From the NCBI GenBank assembly GCA_040218735.1, contig JAVJQW010000003.1, positions 32,001-96,000 of the forward strand: 64,000 bases of DNA, given 5' to 3'. Both the position numbers and the translations under genes were made by a program. The notes under the pieces were generated by a model that made no database searches, was not told where the DNA came from, and was given only the letters and a program-made list of their open reading frames with translations. Position 1 is the stretch's first letter. Each line of letters begins with the position of its first letter. Source of the stretch: Deltaproteobacteria bacterium. GTDB lineage: Bacteria; Myxococcota; Kuafuiibacteriia; Kuafuiibacteriales; Kuafuiibacteriaceae. Positions 38,149 to 48,257 of the stretch are shown piece by piece.

Positions 38149-39741
38149 TCATCCACCCTTCGGCGGAGCACCGTGCCCGCGCCCGATGATCTTCGGGAGG
38201 CGGTCCTCGTACACGAACGGCTTCTGATCTTCCTGCGCGCGGTGGCACTCGGCGCACACCCGCTCCGGGACCTCGCGCGGGTAGGCGACCTTCACCTTGG
38301 GATCCTTGGCGTGCTCGCTGCCCGGGCCGTGGCAGCTCTCGCAGCCGACGTCCACGAACGTACCCAGCTCCGCGAGGCGGCGCGGACCGCCGGGGCGATC
38401 GAATCCGGTGACGTGGCACGGCACGCAGTCGAGGTTCGACGTCTGGCGCGTGCGCTTCATCGTCGCCCAGGCCTTGGCGTGCCCGGTCTTCTTCCAGTGC
38501 GAGAACGCTTCGGCGTGGCACTTCGCGCAAGACGCGTTGCCGACGTACGTCATGTCCGCCCGCGCCGTGAGCTCGGCGTGGTTCACGACGCCGAGGTGAT
38601 CCTGGTAGCGCCGGTAGATCGCGAGGACCTGCTCGTCCTGCGGAAGATCGTGATCGAGCGGCACGAGCTCACCGGACAGGCGGTGCCGCTTCGCCGTCTT
38701 CACCGTGGCGAGGTCCTTCTCCAGCGCAATCTTGCGCGCCTCGAGCCGCTTCACGGTGGCGGCGCGCTCGGCGGCGGCCTTCGGAGCCTTCGGCGCCTCG
38801 TCCTTGGCGTACGCCGCGATGCGCTCCTCGATCTTGTCGATCTGCTCCGCCTGCATCTGCACCGCGCCCATGTCCGCGACCCGCGTCGCGCCGGGCACCA
38901 CCTCGAGCTTCACCTTCGCGACCCACTTGCCGCGGTCGCCCGCCATGAGGAACGCGCTGCGGCCTTCGCGCGCGAGCTGCAGGCGGCGCGAGGTACGGTC
39001 GTGCGCGATCACCGCGAAGTCGATGACCCCCGGCTCCAGCGTGTCGAGGATCTGCTGCGCATTCGCGAACGTCAGGTGCAGCAGCGCCACGACGATCTGC
39101 GCGCCGTCCTTCTTGGCCTGCCGCGCCGCCGCCTCCACGTGCGCGAGCGCCGGCTCCGCGCGCAGCCCGGCGCGCTGGTACACGAGGTGCGCCTGCGCCT
39201 TCGGCGGCAGCTCGGGCGAGGCGCCGACGAAGCCGATCTTCACGCCGCCGCGCTCCGCGATCGTGAACGCATCGAACGCCGCGGTGCCCGACTCCGTGTG
39301 CCGCAAGTTCGCCGACAACAGCTTCACGCCGGCGCGCTCTCCGAGGCTCCGTAACGTACCGAGCCCCAACGCGAGGTCACGCTCCCCGACGGCCATCGCG
39401 GGCGCGTCGAAGTGTTTCAAGACATCCGCGTGCAGCTGCGCGGTCGCGCGCGCCTGCGCCTCGTACCGCGGCGCCACCGTCCAGTTGCGGAAGAACAGGT
39501 CCCCCGCGTCGACGACCACCGCGGCCCCCTCCGACTGCGTCTTGATCACCTGCGCCCGACGCGCGACGCCGCCCATCTGGCGCGCCTTGCACCCGCAGAC
39601 GTCGGTGTCGCTCCCGACGTCACCGGTCGCGAAGATCGTGAGGGTCTGGGGACCAGCGGGGGGCGGAGCGACCTCGGGGGGCTTCGTCTCGGACGGGCAG
39701 CCCGCGAGGAGCAACACCAAGCACCAGCCAGCCCTACGCAC
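38149..39741 (-). CDS. Tetraheme c-type cytochrome lipoprotein with an UshA/metallophosphoesterase-like N-terminal domain
   Basis: LLLAG-C; DVCGCK...GGVARRA...VDAGDLF; four CxxCH motifs (CAKCH, CVPCH, CESCH, CAECH). Confidence 0.85.
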   Translation of the reverse strand: MRRAGWCLVLLLAGCPSETKPPEVAPPPAGPQTLTIFATGDVGSDTDVCGCKARQMGGVARRAQVIKTQSEGAAVVVDAGDLFFRNWTVAPRYEAQARATAQLHADVLKHFDAPAMAVGERDLALGLGTLRSLGERAGVKLLSANLRHTESGTAAFDAFTIAERGGVKIGFVGASPELPPKAQAHLVYQRAGLRAEPALAHVEAAARQAKKDGAQIVVALLHLTFANAQQILDTLEPGVIDFAVIAHDRTSRRLQLAREGRSAFLMAGDRGKWVAKVKLEVVPGATRVADMGAVQMQAEQIDKIEERIAAYAKDEAPKAPKAAAERAATVKRLEARKIALEKDLATVKTAKRHRLSGELVPLDHDLPQDEQVLAIYRRYQDHLGVVNHAELTARADMTYVGNASCAKCHAEAFSHWKKTGHAKAWATMKRTRQTSNLDCVPCHVTGFDRPGGPRRLAELGTFVDVGCESCHGPGSEHAKDPKVKVAYPREVPERVCAECHRAQEDQKPFVYEDRLPKIIGRGHGAPPKGG

Positions 39742-39801
39742 GCGGGAACGATAACGTGTTTCGCGCGGCCCGCGCCGTCGATTTTGCCCGGTCACGCCTC
39801 G

Positions 39802-40416
39802 TCAGCGACGCCGAGCGTGAATCAGCGCGTCGACCCCGGTCCCCGAGGCGCGGCGTGGACGCTCCTCGGCGACGACGGTCGACCAGGTTCGACCATCGAG
39901 CGCGCGGAGCGCGGCAGCAACGGAGACCTGGTTCTGCCGGGCGGCGGGCGTGGGTTTGCCGGTCGCGGGATCGATGGGCTGATGACCGACGAGGAGCAAC
40001 GTTCCCCCCGGCGCGACGCCGGACGCCAACCGCCGTACCATCGCTTCCTGTGCACCTTCGATGTGAACGTAGAGGCTGGCGACGAGGTCGAACGCCTCGG
40101 CCGGGGGACGCCACTTCGAAAGATCGCCTTCCACCCACGTGAGCCGCGACGCGAGGCTGCGCGCCTCGGCCACCTCACGCCCGTGCGCGAGCGCGCTCGG
40201 CGAGAAGTCGACCGCGGTCACCGTCCACCCGAGCTGAGCGAGCCACAGCGCCTCAGTCCCGCTCCCGCACCCGGCGTCGAGCGCACGCCCGGGTGACAGC
40301 CCGGACGCCACCTCGACGAGGTCGGCGTTGGGCGTTCGGCCCGCGACGACGTCGGCGTGTTCGTCCAACGTCTTGGTCCACAGCTGCTCCCAGAACGGAC
40401 GGTCGAACCGCGTCAT
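39802..40416 (-). CDS. Class I SAM-dependent methyltransferase
   Basis: [42 protein letters not shown]; ATGA-coupled to Rrf2. Confidence 0.9.
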   Translation of the reverse strand: MTRFDRPFWEQLWTKTLDEHADVVAGRTPNADLVEVASGLSPGRALDAGCGSGTEALWLAQLGWTVTAVDFSPSALAHGREVAEARSLASRLTWVEGDLSKWRPPAEAFDLVASLYVHIEGAQEAMVRRLASGVAPGGTLLLVGHQPIDPATGKPTPAARQNQVSVAAALRALDGRTWSTVVAEERPRRASGTGVDALIHARRR

Positions 40417-40898
40417 CGTGCGCTCCGCTTGGTGCGGGACGCCTTCGCGGATTGGCACGTCTCGTCGAGCTGACGCGCGACGAGGCGCCCGCGCACGTAC
40501 GCGTGCAGCATCGACAGCGTCACTTCGCCGAGGCGCTCCAGCAGCCGCGCCTCCGCCTCGCGAAACGCCCCGCCGAGCGCCGTGTTGACCGCGGCTTCGA
40601 CGAGGCAGTCGGGTGCAGACGTGCGGTGCCCGATCGCCAGCAAGGTCGGACTTCCCAGCGCCTCGTGGACATCGCGGAGGGTGAGCTCGGCGAGGTCACA
40701 ACAGAGCACCCACCCGCCCCCCGGCCCGCGCGTCGACTGTACGTAGCCCCGCTCGCGGAGACCGGCCATCACGCGCCGGACGACGACGGGGTTGGTGCCC
40801 ATCGACTTCGCCAAGACCTCGGAGGACACGGCTTCTTCGACCTGCGCGAGGTGAAGCAACACGTGGGTCACGCCCGACAACCGTGTATCCACATTCAT
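40413..40898 (-). CDS. Rrf2 family transcriptional regulator
   Basis: [39 protein letters not shown]...LTLRDV. Confidence 0.9.
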   Translation of the reverse strand: MNVDTRLSGVTHVLLHLAQVEEAVSSEVLAKSMGTNPVVVRRVMAGLRERGYVQSTRGPGGGWVLCCDLAELTLRDVHEALGSPTLLAIGHRTSAPDCLVEAAVNTALGGAFREAEARLLERLGEVTLSMLHAYVRGRLVARQLDETCQSAKASRTKRSAR

Positions 40899-40915
40899 GT
40901 AACTCTTACGGTTAC
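40899..40915. promoter_or_regulatory. Candidate Rrf2 operator, GTAAC-N7-GTTAC
   Basis: Perfect inverted repeat in an AT-rich patch directly abutting the Rrf2 start codon. Confidence 0.6.
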
Positions 40916-41003
40916 GATTTAGTGTGGGCGAGTCAAGGCCTCCGGGTACAGGGAGGCGTTTGTTTCGAGCAGGACGGGCGTCGTGGAGGATCGGACGCGG
41001 CGT

Positions 41004-41861
41004 CTACTTGAGCGCCTTCAACCGCGCCCGCGCCTCTTTGGCGGCCTTCGAGCGGCGGTATTTCTGCTTCACCGTCTGGTAGAACAGCTTCGCGTCCTCG
41101 GGGAGGTTGAGCTTCTCGAAGCACTGCCCGAGGCGAAGGAGCGCGTCTGGCACGAGCTTCGAGCGTCCGAACTTCTTGCGGACGGTGTTGTAGACCGCGG
41201 CGGCCTGCTGGAAGTTCTCTTCCGCGAAGTACGTCTCACCGATGTAGTACTGCGTCTTCGCGCCGTGTTTGCGCGCGAACGCCTTGTCGTCCTTGTAGCG
41301 GATGTCGATCTCACGCAGCAGCTTGCGCGCCTCACCCGGCTGCTTCGCGTCGAGGAGCGCCTTCGCCTCCTTCAACGCCTGCGCCGGATCCTGCATCAGC
41401 CGCTCACGCTGACGGGCTTCCTCGATCGCGCGCGCCTTCTCCTCCTCGGAGTTCGCGGCGTCGATCTTCTGCTTCTCGGCGAGGCCCTGGAACCGGACCT
41501 CGACCTCCTCCTGCACCTTCGACGCGGCCTGCTCCAGCGTGCTGACCCGCTCCGAGAACGTCTCGACGCGCCCCTTCATCCGGGCCACGTCCTGCATCAT
41601 CTCGTCGAGCTGCACGCCGAGGTCGGCGTCGTTGCGGCGCGCCGCCTTCGACAGCGTGCCGACCTCCTCGGTCATCTTCGCGAGCTGAACGCGCTGCTTC
41701 TTCTCCTGCGCCTGAAGCTCGGAGACGGCCTGCTGCATCGCAGTCACCTGCGTCTGCAGCGCGTACACCTCGTTCGCGAGGCGCTCGCCGTCCTCCTGAG
41801 AGTAGTAGGCACAGGCCGGCGACAGCGCGAAGACCGCCGCGAAAGCGAGGAGTCGCTTCAC
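41004..41861 (-). CDS. cpoB: Tol-Pal associated coiled-coil/TPR protein (CpoB/YbgF-like)
   Basis: Lipobox ALSPA-C, coiled coil, TPR YYIGETYF...FQQAAAVY...PDALLRLGQCF; GTGA-coupled behind the pal-like gene. Confidence 0.8.
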   Translation of the reverse strand: MKRLLAFAAVFALSPACAYYSQEDGERLANEVYALQTQVTAMQQAVSELQAQEKKQRVQLAKMTEEVGTLSKAARRNDADLGVQLDEMMQDVARMKGRVETFSERVSTLEQAASKVQEEVEVRFQGLAEKQKIDAANSEEEKARAIEEARQRERLMQDPAQALKEAKALLDAKQPGEARKLLREIDIRYKDDKAFARKHGAKTQYYIGETYFAEENFQQAAAVYNTVRKKFGRSKLVPDALLRLGQCFEKLNLPEDAKLFYQTVKQKYRRSKAAKEARARLKALK

Positions 41862-42628
41862 TGCGCGATGAACTCCACGCGACGGTTGCGCGACCACGCG
41901 TCCTCGTTGCTGCCGTTGTCGATCGGATCCGTCTCGCCCTTGCTGATGACGTTGAGCTTGCCGGAGTCGACGCCGAGGCGACGGAGGTACTCGGTCACCG
42001 CGCGCGCGCGACGGTCGCCGAGCGCGAGGTTGTACTCCTCGGTGCCGCGCTCGTCCGCGTGGCCCTCGATGATCACCGTGCCGCCCGCACCCTTGATGCA
42101 GTCGGCGATCGTCTGCAGGCCGTCCTTCACGCTCTTGGTCAGCGTGGCGCGGTTGAAGTCGAAGCGCACCGTCGGCCAATCGCACATCGCCTTCGACGCC
42201 TGTGAAGTCATCGCCTGGCAGCGACCGTTCACACACGACATCCCGGCGACGCAGTCCGACTGCCCGTTGCACGACAGCTGATCGACGCAGCGGTTGTCCA
42301 TGCACTTGAGGCCCGAGCCGCAGTCGCTGTTCGCGGAGCACTCGAGCTGGCACTTGCCGGAGCGGCAGATCTTGTTGCCGTCGCAGTCGCCGTTCGTCGA
42401 GCACTCGGGCTTCGCCTCGCAGCGACCGTTGTTGCAGATCTGATCCGCCGCGCAGTTCGACGCGTCCCGGCACTGCTGACACATGCCTTCGACGCAGACC
42501 TCACCCTTTTCTTCGCAGTGCGAATCCTTGTCACATTTTGGGTATTTGGGACCGCACCCACCGAGCGCGAACAGCGCGACGGTTGCGAGCGCAAAAGCGA
42601 AGAGGGGAGCGCGGCGGTCCTTGGTCAT
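41858..42628 (-). CDS. pal: Pal/OmpA-family lipoprotein with N-terminal Cys-rich repeats
   Basis: FALGG-C; several C-x5-C-x5-C-x4-C type repeats; VRFDFN...IEGHADERGTEEYNLALGDRRA...ISKGE...WSRNRRVEF. Confidence 0.82.
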   Translation of the reverse strand: MTKDRRAPLFAFALATVALFALGGCGPKYPKCDKDSHCEEKGEVCVEGMCQQCRDASNCAADQICNNGRCEAKPECSTNGDCDGNKICRSGKCQLECSANSDCGSGLKCMDNRCVDQLSCNGQSDCVAGMSCVNGRCQAMTSQASKAMCDWPTVRFDFNRATLTKSVKDGLQTIADCIKGAGGTVIIEGHADERGTEEYNLALGDRRARAVTEYLRRLGVDSGKLNVISKGETDPIDNGSNEDAWSRNRRVEFIAQ

Positions 42629-42669
42629 ATGGTGCGGGGCGTAGTCAAACACGCGATGGGAGTCAAGAC

Positions 42670-44181
42670 TCAGCGCTCGTTACGAAACACGTAGAGCCGC
42701 CCTCCGAGTGACTTGCGCGCCACATAGTACAGCAGCAGGTCGGGCGGTTCGGTCCGGTCGGTACGGGGCGACAGCGCGAGCGTCGTGCTCGTCCCCGGGG
42801 CCGACAGCTTGATGCGCCCCTCCTCTTCGAACAGCTCGGACCGGCCCTTCAATCCCCGGTGCAGGCGCATCTCGTCGCCTCCCTGGGCGAGGATGACGTC
42901 GCGGCGCCCGTCACCGTCGAAGTCGTGCCCGAAGATCGGCGCCGTGCCCCTCAGCGCCGCGCCGACGGTCAGATCCAGCCCGTAGCTCGTCTCCAGCGTC
43001 TGGGTCGGGCTCCGCGCGAACAGGGGCCCCTCCGGGTCCGGTCGGCGGATGCGGATGTCGAGCGACAGCTTGCTGGAGAGCATCGCGCTCGACATCGACA
43101 TGATCGACACCTCCGCGTGGGGGTGGAGCATCTCGCGCTTGCCGTCTCCGTCTACGTCGATGAAACGCACGAGCGACGCAAACCCGTCGTCTACGAATTT
43201 CTGCGTGGGTTTGGGCGAGAAGCCGCCGCCCTTCAGACCCTTGTGCAGCCGAACCTCCGTCGCGAGCGTCGTGACGCCCCCGCCGATCTTGGTCAGGCAG
43301 AGGTCCGCGATCCCGTCCCCGTCGAAGTCCACGATCTCCGCCGAGACCTCCGTGTCGCGGGATTCGAGCTCCTCCGGGGTCCGCATCCGGAACCACGCCT
43401 TGTGCGCCGGCCGCTCCGCGAACCCGCCGCCCTCGGTCCCCGGATACACCTCCAGCCGATCCTCGTAGTGCGTCACGAGGTCGATGCGCCCGTCTCCGGT
43501 CTGCTCGACGAAGTCGAGGTTCGGCACGATCGTCGTGACCCGGAACGCGTACGGACGCCCCGACCGCCCGCCGCGCCCCGACCGGCGGTACGTCGAGGTC
43601 TCCGCGTCGTAGTAGCTGAACTTCTCGATCCGCAGCTCGGCCCACTTCTTCCAGGCCTCGCCCTCCCGCGCGAAGAGCCGCACGGCGCGGCGGCCCGGGA
43701 GCACCGCGGCGGGTCTGTCCCCGATCTTGCGGAGGAAGTCCCACGCGACGATGTCCTCCTCCTCCGGCTCGAGCACCAACGTCGGCGACGTGATGATGCG
43801 CGTGAGGTTCTGCGGCTTGCCGTCCTTGAAGGCCTGCGCGAACACCCCGCTCGAGGTGAGGTAGACGATCTCGTCCTGCGCGTCGCCGAACGCGTCACCG
43901 AGGTCGAACGCCGCCGCGTTCTGCGGGACGGGGAAGGTGACGTCCGGGCGCCGCCCGTACCCCTTGTCCGTCCTGAAGAAGACCGCGAGGAACCGCCCCG
44001 TCGCCGGCCCCGCCCCGCGGCGGTGGCTCACGACGAGGTCGGTGCGCTGGTCGCCGTTCAGATCGCCGGAGTCGACCCACAGCACGCTGCCGGGGACGTC
44101 GAGCGTCTGCCGCGAAAACTTCGCCTCCGCGGTCGTCGCCCACACGAGCGACGCCGCCACCATCGGCCCGACAATCCTCAT
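42670..44181 (-). CDS. FG-GAP/VCBS repeat secreted protein
   Basis: Signal ...WATTAEA-K; repeats GDLNGDQRTDL, DFDGDGIADL, DVDGDGKREM, DFDGDGRRDV. Confidence 0.85.
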   Translation of the reverse strand: MRIVGPMVAASLVWATTAEAKFSRQTLDVPGSVLWVDSGDLNGDQRTDLVVSHRRGAGPATGRFLAVFFRTDKGYGRRPDVTFPVPQNAAAFDLGDAFGDAQDEIVYLTSSGVFAQAFKDGKPQNLTRIITSPTLVLEPEEEDIVAWDFLRKIGDRPAAVLPGRRAVRLFAREGEAWKKWAELRIEKFSYYDAETSTYRRSGRGGRSGRPYAFRVTTIVPNLDFVEQTGDGRIDLVTHYEDRLEVYPGTEGGGFAERPAHKAWFRMRTPEELESRDTEVSAEIVDFDGDGIADLCLTKIGGGVTTLATEVRLHKGLKGGGFSPKPTQKFVDDGFASLVRFIDVDGDGKREMLHPHAEVSIMSMSSAMLSSKLSLDIRIRRPDPEGPLFARSPTQTLETSYGLDLTVGAALRGTAPIFGHDFDGDGRRDVILAQGGDEMRLHRGLKGRSELFEEEGRIKLSAPGTSTTLALSPRTDRTEPPDLLLYYVARKSLGGRLYVFRNER

Positions 44182-45506
44182 CCTTCGTCCTCGGAGGGCA
44201 GCTCCAACTGGGGCAACGTCACCGTCGCCGTCCACGTTCCCGCGATCGCCGTGCTCGTCACCGTCATGACCGCCGACACGGACACCCCGCGCGGCGCGCT
44301 CGGCCGGGCCAGGCGCCGTTCGACGCGCCCCGCCTCGTCGCCGACCAGGTCGAAGGTCCGCCCGTCCGGCAAGAATATGTATGGGCTCGTGCCCGTGAGA
44401 TCGACGCGGCCCGGCACCGAGCGCGCGTAGCGATCGCTGGCGTCGAGCAACGCCAACCGCAAGGCCGTCCCCCGGGCGAGCGCCTCAGCGGAGTCGTCGT
44501 CCACGGAGACGTCGATCCGGACCGGCACGCCCAATACGTCGTCCGGGTAGAGCGCGTTGGCGGCGAGCGCGCCCTCGACGCGGTCTTCGTCCGTCGTCGC
44601 GACGACCCGAACGCGCAGGCGACCGCGGCCCTGCACGGTCAGGCCGCGCGCGACGGCCGGGAGCGCACGGATCGCGCTGTCCGGGCTCGTGACCACGAGC
44701 GACGGCGGGGATGCCTCCACGACGATCTGCAAACGTACGTCGTCGAGCTGGAGCGGCGACAGATCCGCGGCGAGGACGTCGAGGTGCAGGTCGACGGCGG
44801 TGGGGGTCGCCGTCGCGGTCACGACGTCCACGCAGAGCTCACACGGAGCACCGGCGCCGTCGTCCAGCCGCACGCGGAGGACGGACGCCACGTCCTCGGC
44901 GTCGCGCGCGCGCTCGACGTCGAGCACGGCGATCGACTCCTGCTCCCGCGCGACGAACAGCCCCTCGCCGCCGACGACGACGTGTTCGTCCGCCACGGCG
45001 CGGTAACGCCCCGCCGGGAGCACCACGGAGCGCTCCGCGAACGACTGCCCCTCCAGGAACACACGCACCGGCCTGCGCGCCTCGGCTTCGTCCTCGAAGA
45101 ACAGCTCGGCGCCGCCGTCCTCGGAGCGGACGATGGTCGTCAGGACCCCGGCGGGGCGCGCGAGCAAGTCGACTTGCACCTGCTCCGACCCGAGCGGGAT
45201 CGTGCGCTCGGCGCGCGCGACGTACGAAGGCATGAACCCTCCGACGAGCCGGGGCCCCGGTCGATTCGTTCTCGCGACCGCGCGGAACACCAGCGGCCGC
45301 TCCGCGGGGACGCCGAGCTCGACGGCCGCGAGGGGCGCCGTGACGGTGGCGCTGGCGACGACCTCGTTCTCCTGCGGATCGAGGACGCTGATCACGACGT
45401 CTTCGACACCCTCGGGGACCGCGCCGAGCCCGACGACCGCCGTCGCGATGGGCGACGGCGCACAACCGATCCAACCGACCAGACCCAGGAGCCACGCGTA
45501 CCGCAT
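44178..45506 (-). CDS. Hypothetical lipoprotein
   Basis: MRYAWLLGLVGWIG-C; overlaps both neighbours (TGATG and ATGA). Confidence 0.7.
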   Translation of the reverse strand: MRYAWLLGLVGWIGCAPSPIATAVVGLGAVPEGVEDVVISVLDPQENEVVASATVTAPLAAVELGVPAERPLVFRAVARTNRPGPRLVGGFMPSYVARAERTIPLGSEQVQVDLLARPAGVLTTIVRSEDGGAELFFEDEAEARRPVRVFLEGQSFAERSVVLPAGRYRAVADEHVVVGGEGLFVAREQESIAVLDVERARDAEDVASVLRVRLDDGAGAPCELCVDVVTATATPTAVDLHLDVLAADLSPLQLDDVRLQIVVEASPPSLVVTSPDSAIRALPAVARGLTVQGRGRLRVRVVATTDEDRVEGALAANALYPDDVLGVPVRIDVSVDDDSAEALARGTALRLALLDASDRYARSVPGRVDLTGTSPYIFLPDGRTFDLVGDEAGRVERRLARPSAPRGVSVSAVMTVTSTAIAGTWTATVTLPQLELPSEDEG

Positions 45507-46288
45507 CACTCCTCCTGGAACGTGACGTCGACGCGCACGTTCGGGCCTTTCGGGGGGACTTCGTCGTCGAAGAACGGGGGCGGGCGAATCGCATCCTCCA
45601 GCTCCAGGCCGGCGGGGCCTTCGCGGCTGCCGCGTACGCGGTCGGCGTAGGCGGTGAACGGCCCGGTGTCGACCGTGGCGCGGGCCACGCCAGGGCGCGG
45701 GCTCAGCGCACGCTCGAGGAGGAACGTCTCGAACCCGAGCACGTCGCCGAGCGCTTCGCGCGACTCGAACGCGACGAGGTCCGCGAGCGCGCGGCCGCCC
45801 GGTCGCACCGCGGCGCCGCGGCCGCGCGACGCGCTGCGAGCGATCTGACCGACGCCCACCGCGAGGTCGCCGTCGAGCGTGGCGAGCGTCGCGCGGCCCG
45901 CGCGCACCGTGACGGTCACGCCGGTCGGCGCGCGTTCGACGGCCACCGAGGAGCGCGACTCGACCCGCACGCGTGCAGCGCCGATCGCGACGTCGAACGG
46001 CTCGCGACCCGCTTGCACCCAGAGCCGACCGCTCGCGAGGTCGAGGCGATCCGCGTCGTGGACGAGCACGCGCGTGAGCGCGGAGAGCCTCAGGCGTGCG
46101 CCGCGTCCGAGCTGCAGCTCGGCGAAGCCTTCGTCGCCGGTGCTGACCCGATCGTTCGCGGCGAGGACCTGTCCTGTGCCGCCGTCGATCGTCGCGCCGC
46201 TCGCGCGCGCGAGTGTGGTGCCGAACGCGACGCGTACGACGCCCTCGGGCGGCGCCGCGACCGCGAGGAGGGCGAGCACGGCGATCAA
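45506..46288 (-). CDS. FecR domain-containing protein
   Basis: GGAGG RBS + TTG start; DRVSTGDEGFAELQLGRGARLRLSALTRV...LASGRLWV...VTVRAGRA. Confidence 0.75.
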   Translation of the reverse strand: MIAVLALLAVAAPPEGVVRVAFGTTLARASGATIDGGTGQVLAANDRVSTGDEGFAELQLGRGARLRLSALTRVLVHDADRLDLASGRLWVQAGREPFDVAIGAARVRVESRSSVAVERAPTGVTVTVRAGRATLATLDGDLAVGVGQIARSASRGRGAAVRPGGRALADLVAFESREALGDVLGFETFLLERALSPRPGVARATVDTGPFTAYADRVRGSREGPAGLELEDAIRPPPFFDDEVPPKGPNVRVDVTFQEE

Positions 46289-47775
46289 AACACAACCTCC
46301 GCGCCGACGGAGAGGACGTTCGAGACGTACTCGTGGAGGTCGCGCGCCTGGTTGTTCACCCACGTGTCCTCGACGACGACGAACACCTGATCCGTGAACC
46401 GCGCGCGCACCCCGAGCGCCGCGACGATCCGTAGCTGCGTGCGCGTCGCCGCGGGGCCGATGATCGCGAGGTCACCCACCGGCCCGTACTCCCGGAGCGT
46501 GACGCCGACGCCGGTGTAGAGCGACAGGTCGGGCGTCGCGTACGCGACGAGGCGCCCGGAGAACTCGCCGCCGATCGCGTCGAAGGCGTCGCCGAGGGCG
46601 TCGTCGTGCAGGAACGCTGCGGACACCGTGCCCGCGATGCGGTCGGCCTCCGCGTAGAGCGTGACGACGGCGCGCTGCCCGACGCGGTCGCGGTTGAGCT
46701 GGCTGACGACGTCGTCCGGGGGACTCGTGTCGATCACGTCGGCCGCGGAGCCGTACAGGCCGAGGCGGAGACGGAGGCGCGCAGCGAGCTGGAGCGTGAG
46801 GTCCGGGCCGCCTTCGATCGTAGTGGCGAAGTGCGTGCCGAACAGGTCGCCGTGGACGTCGACGAATCGCGCCGACAGCCCGAGCACCGCGAGCGACGGG
46901 TGCTGACTGAGCGGGTAGCTCAGCGCACCCGACAACGTGAGCGCGGTGATGTCGAGGCGGTCGTAGGTCTCGCGCTGCGTGAAGTAGACGTGTTGATCGA
47001 CGCGCGCGCCGAGCTGTGCGGTGAGGGGACCGAGCGGCGCGGTGACGTCGCCGTCGATGCTGAACGCCATCCTCAAGCCAGCGCGGCTGGGCTCGTTGCT
47101 GCGCGCGAGGAACGCGGGGTTCGTGGCGTGGTCGAACGACGAGCGCAGGCGGAGGTTGTAGCCGACTTCGTCTCGGCCGCGGATCGTCCCGAGGAGATCC
47201 CGCGATGCGGTGACGAGCTCCGTCGCGCCGACGAAGCCGGCCCGCGTCAACGCGAGCTCGGCGAGGCGCTCCGCACCTTGGTAGCTGCCCTGCGACGCTT
47301 CGAGCGACGCGAGCGTGAGCGACGCCATGGCGCCGCGGCGGGTCCGTTCGTCGACGAGCGGGATGGCGCGGCGGACGGCGGTGCGATCCGCGAGCGCGGC
47401 GGCGACGAGATCGGCCTCCCAGGACGAGGCGTCGTCGACGGCTTCGATGGCGTCGCGGTCGCGGCCGAGCGCGGCGAGGATCGTGGCGCGGAGGACGAGC
47501 GCCTCGGGGTCGGCGTCACCCGCGGCGAGGGCGGCTTCGATCGCGGCGAGAGCGCGCGGGTGATCCTGGGCGCGGTGCGCGGCAGCGGCGAGATCGCGCG
47601 CGTAGATCGGCGAGTCGGGATCGATCTCGTGGGCGGCTTCGAGGCAGACGAGCGCACCGGGGACGTCGTCGGTGAGGAGGCGGCGCAGACCTTCGGCGCC
47701 GAGCTCGAAGGCGCTGGAGCTGGTGGCGACGGAGCAGCCCGCCGCGCCCACCAGCACCAGCAGCGCGCTGATCAC
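46285..47775 (-). CDS. TPR + outer-membrane beta-barrel protein
   Basis: Signal/lipobox, helical TPR-like N-terminal half, amphipathic strands from YNLRLRSSFDHATNP onward, C-terminal Phe (GAEVVF). Confidence 0.7.
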   Translation of the reverse strand: MISALLVLVGAAGCSVATSSSAFELGAEGLRRLLTDDVPGALVCLEAAHEIDPDSPIYARDLAAAAHRAQDHPRALAAIEAALAAGDADPEALVLRATILAALGRDRDAIEAVDDASSWEADLVAAALADRTAVRRAIPLVDERTRRGAMASLTLASLEASQGSYQGAERLAELALTRAGFVGATELVTASRDLLGTIRGRDEVGYNLRLRSSFDHATNPAFLARSNEPSRAGLRMAFSIDGDVTAPLGPLTAQLGARVDQHVYFTQRETYDRLDITALTLSGALSYPLSQHPSLAVLGLSARFVDVHGDLFGTHFATTIEGGPDLTLQLAARLRLRLGLYGSAADVIDTSPPDDVVSQLNRDRVGQRAVVTLYAEADRIAGTVSAAFLHDDALGDAFDAIGGEFSGRLVAYATPDLSLYTGVGVTLREYGPVGDLAIIGPAATRTQLRIVAALGVRARFTDQVFVVVEDTWVNNQARDLHEYVSNVLSVGAEVVF

Positions 47776-48242
47776 TCCTCGCCTCGCAAGTCGCGCTTTT
47801 CGTCGCGCTCACGGATGGCGGCGCGTTTGTCGTAGTGCGCTTTGCCTTTGCAGAGGCCGAGGTTGATCTTCACGCGTCCGTTCTTGAAGTAGACGTCGAG
47901 CGGGATCAGCGTGAGGCCCTTCTCGCGGACCTTGCTGTTGAGACGATCGATCTCGCGCCGGTGCAGGAGGAGCTTCCGGGTGCGGATCGGGTCGTGGTTG
48001 TAGATGTTGCCGTTGGTGTACTCGGCGATGTGGGCGTGGTGGAGGTACGCCTGGCCGTTGTCGATCATGGCGTAGGCGTCGGCGAGTTGGATCTTGCCGT
48101 CACGGAGGCTCTTCACCTCCGTCCCTTGGAGGACGACGCCGGCTTCGACCTCGTCGACGATCGTGTAGTCGAAACGCGCCTTGCGGTTCTTCACGATCAC
48201 TTTGACGCCGTCCGGCAGCTTGGGTGCCTTCTTCTTGGCCAC
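47772..48242 (-). CDS. smpB: SsrA-binding protein
   Basis: NRKARFDY, EAGVVLQGTEVKSLRDG, RTRKLLLHRREI, GKAHYDKR. Confidence 0.97.
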   Translation of the reverse strand: MAKKKAPKLPDGVKVIVKNRKARFDYTIVDEVEAGVVLQGTEVKSLRDGKIQLADAYAMIDNGQAYLHHAHIAEYTNGNIYNHDPIRTRKLLLHRREIDRLNSKVREKGLTLIPLDVYFKNGRVKINLGLCKGKAHYDKRAAIRERDEKRDLRGEE

Positions 48243-48257
48243 GGTGGAGCGGGGAGC

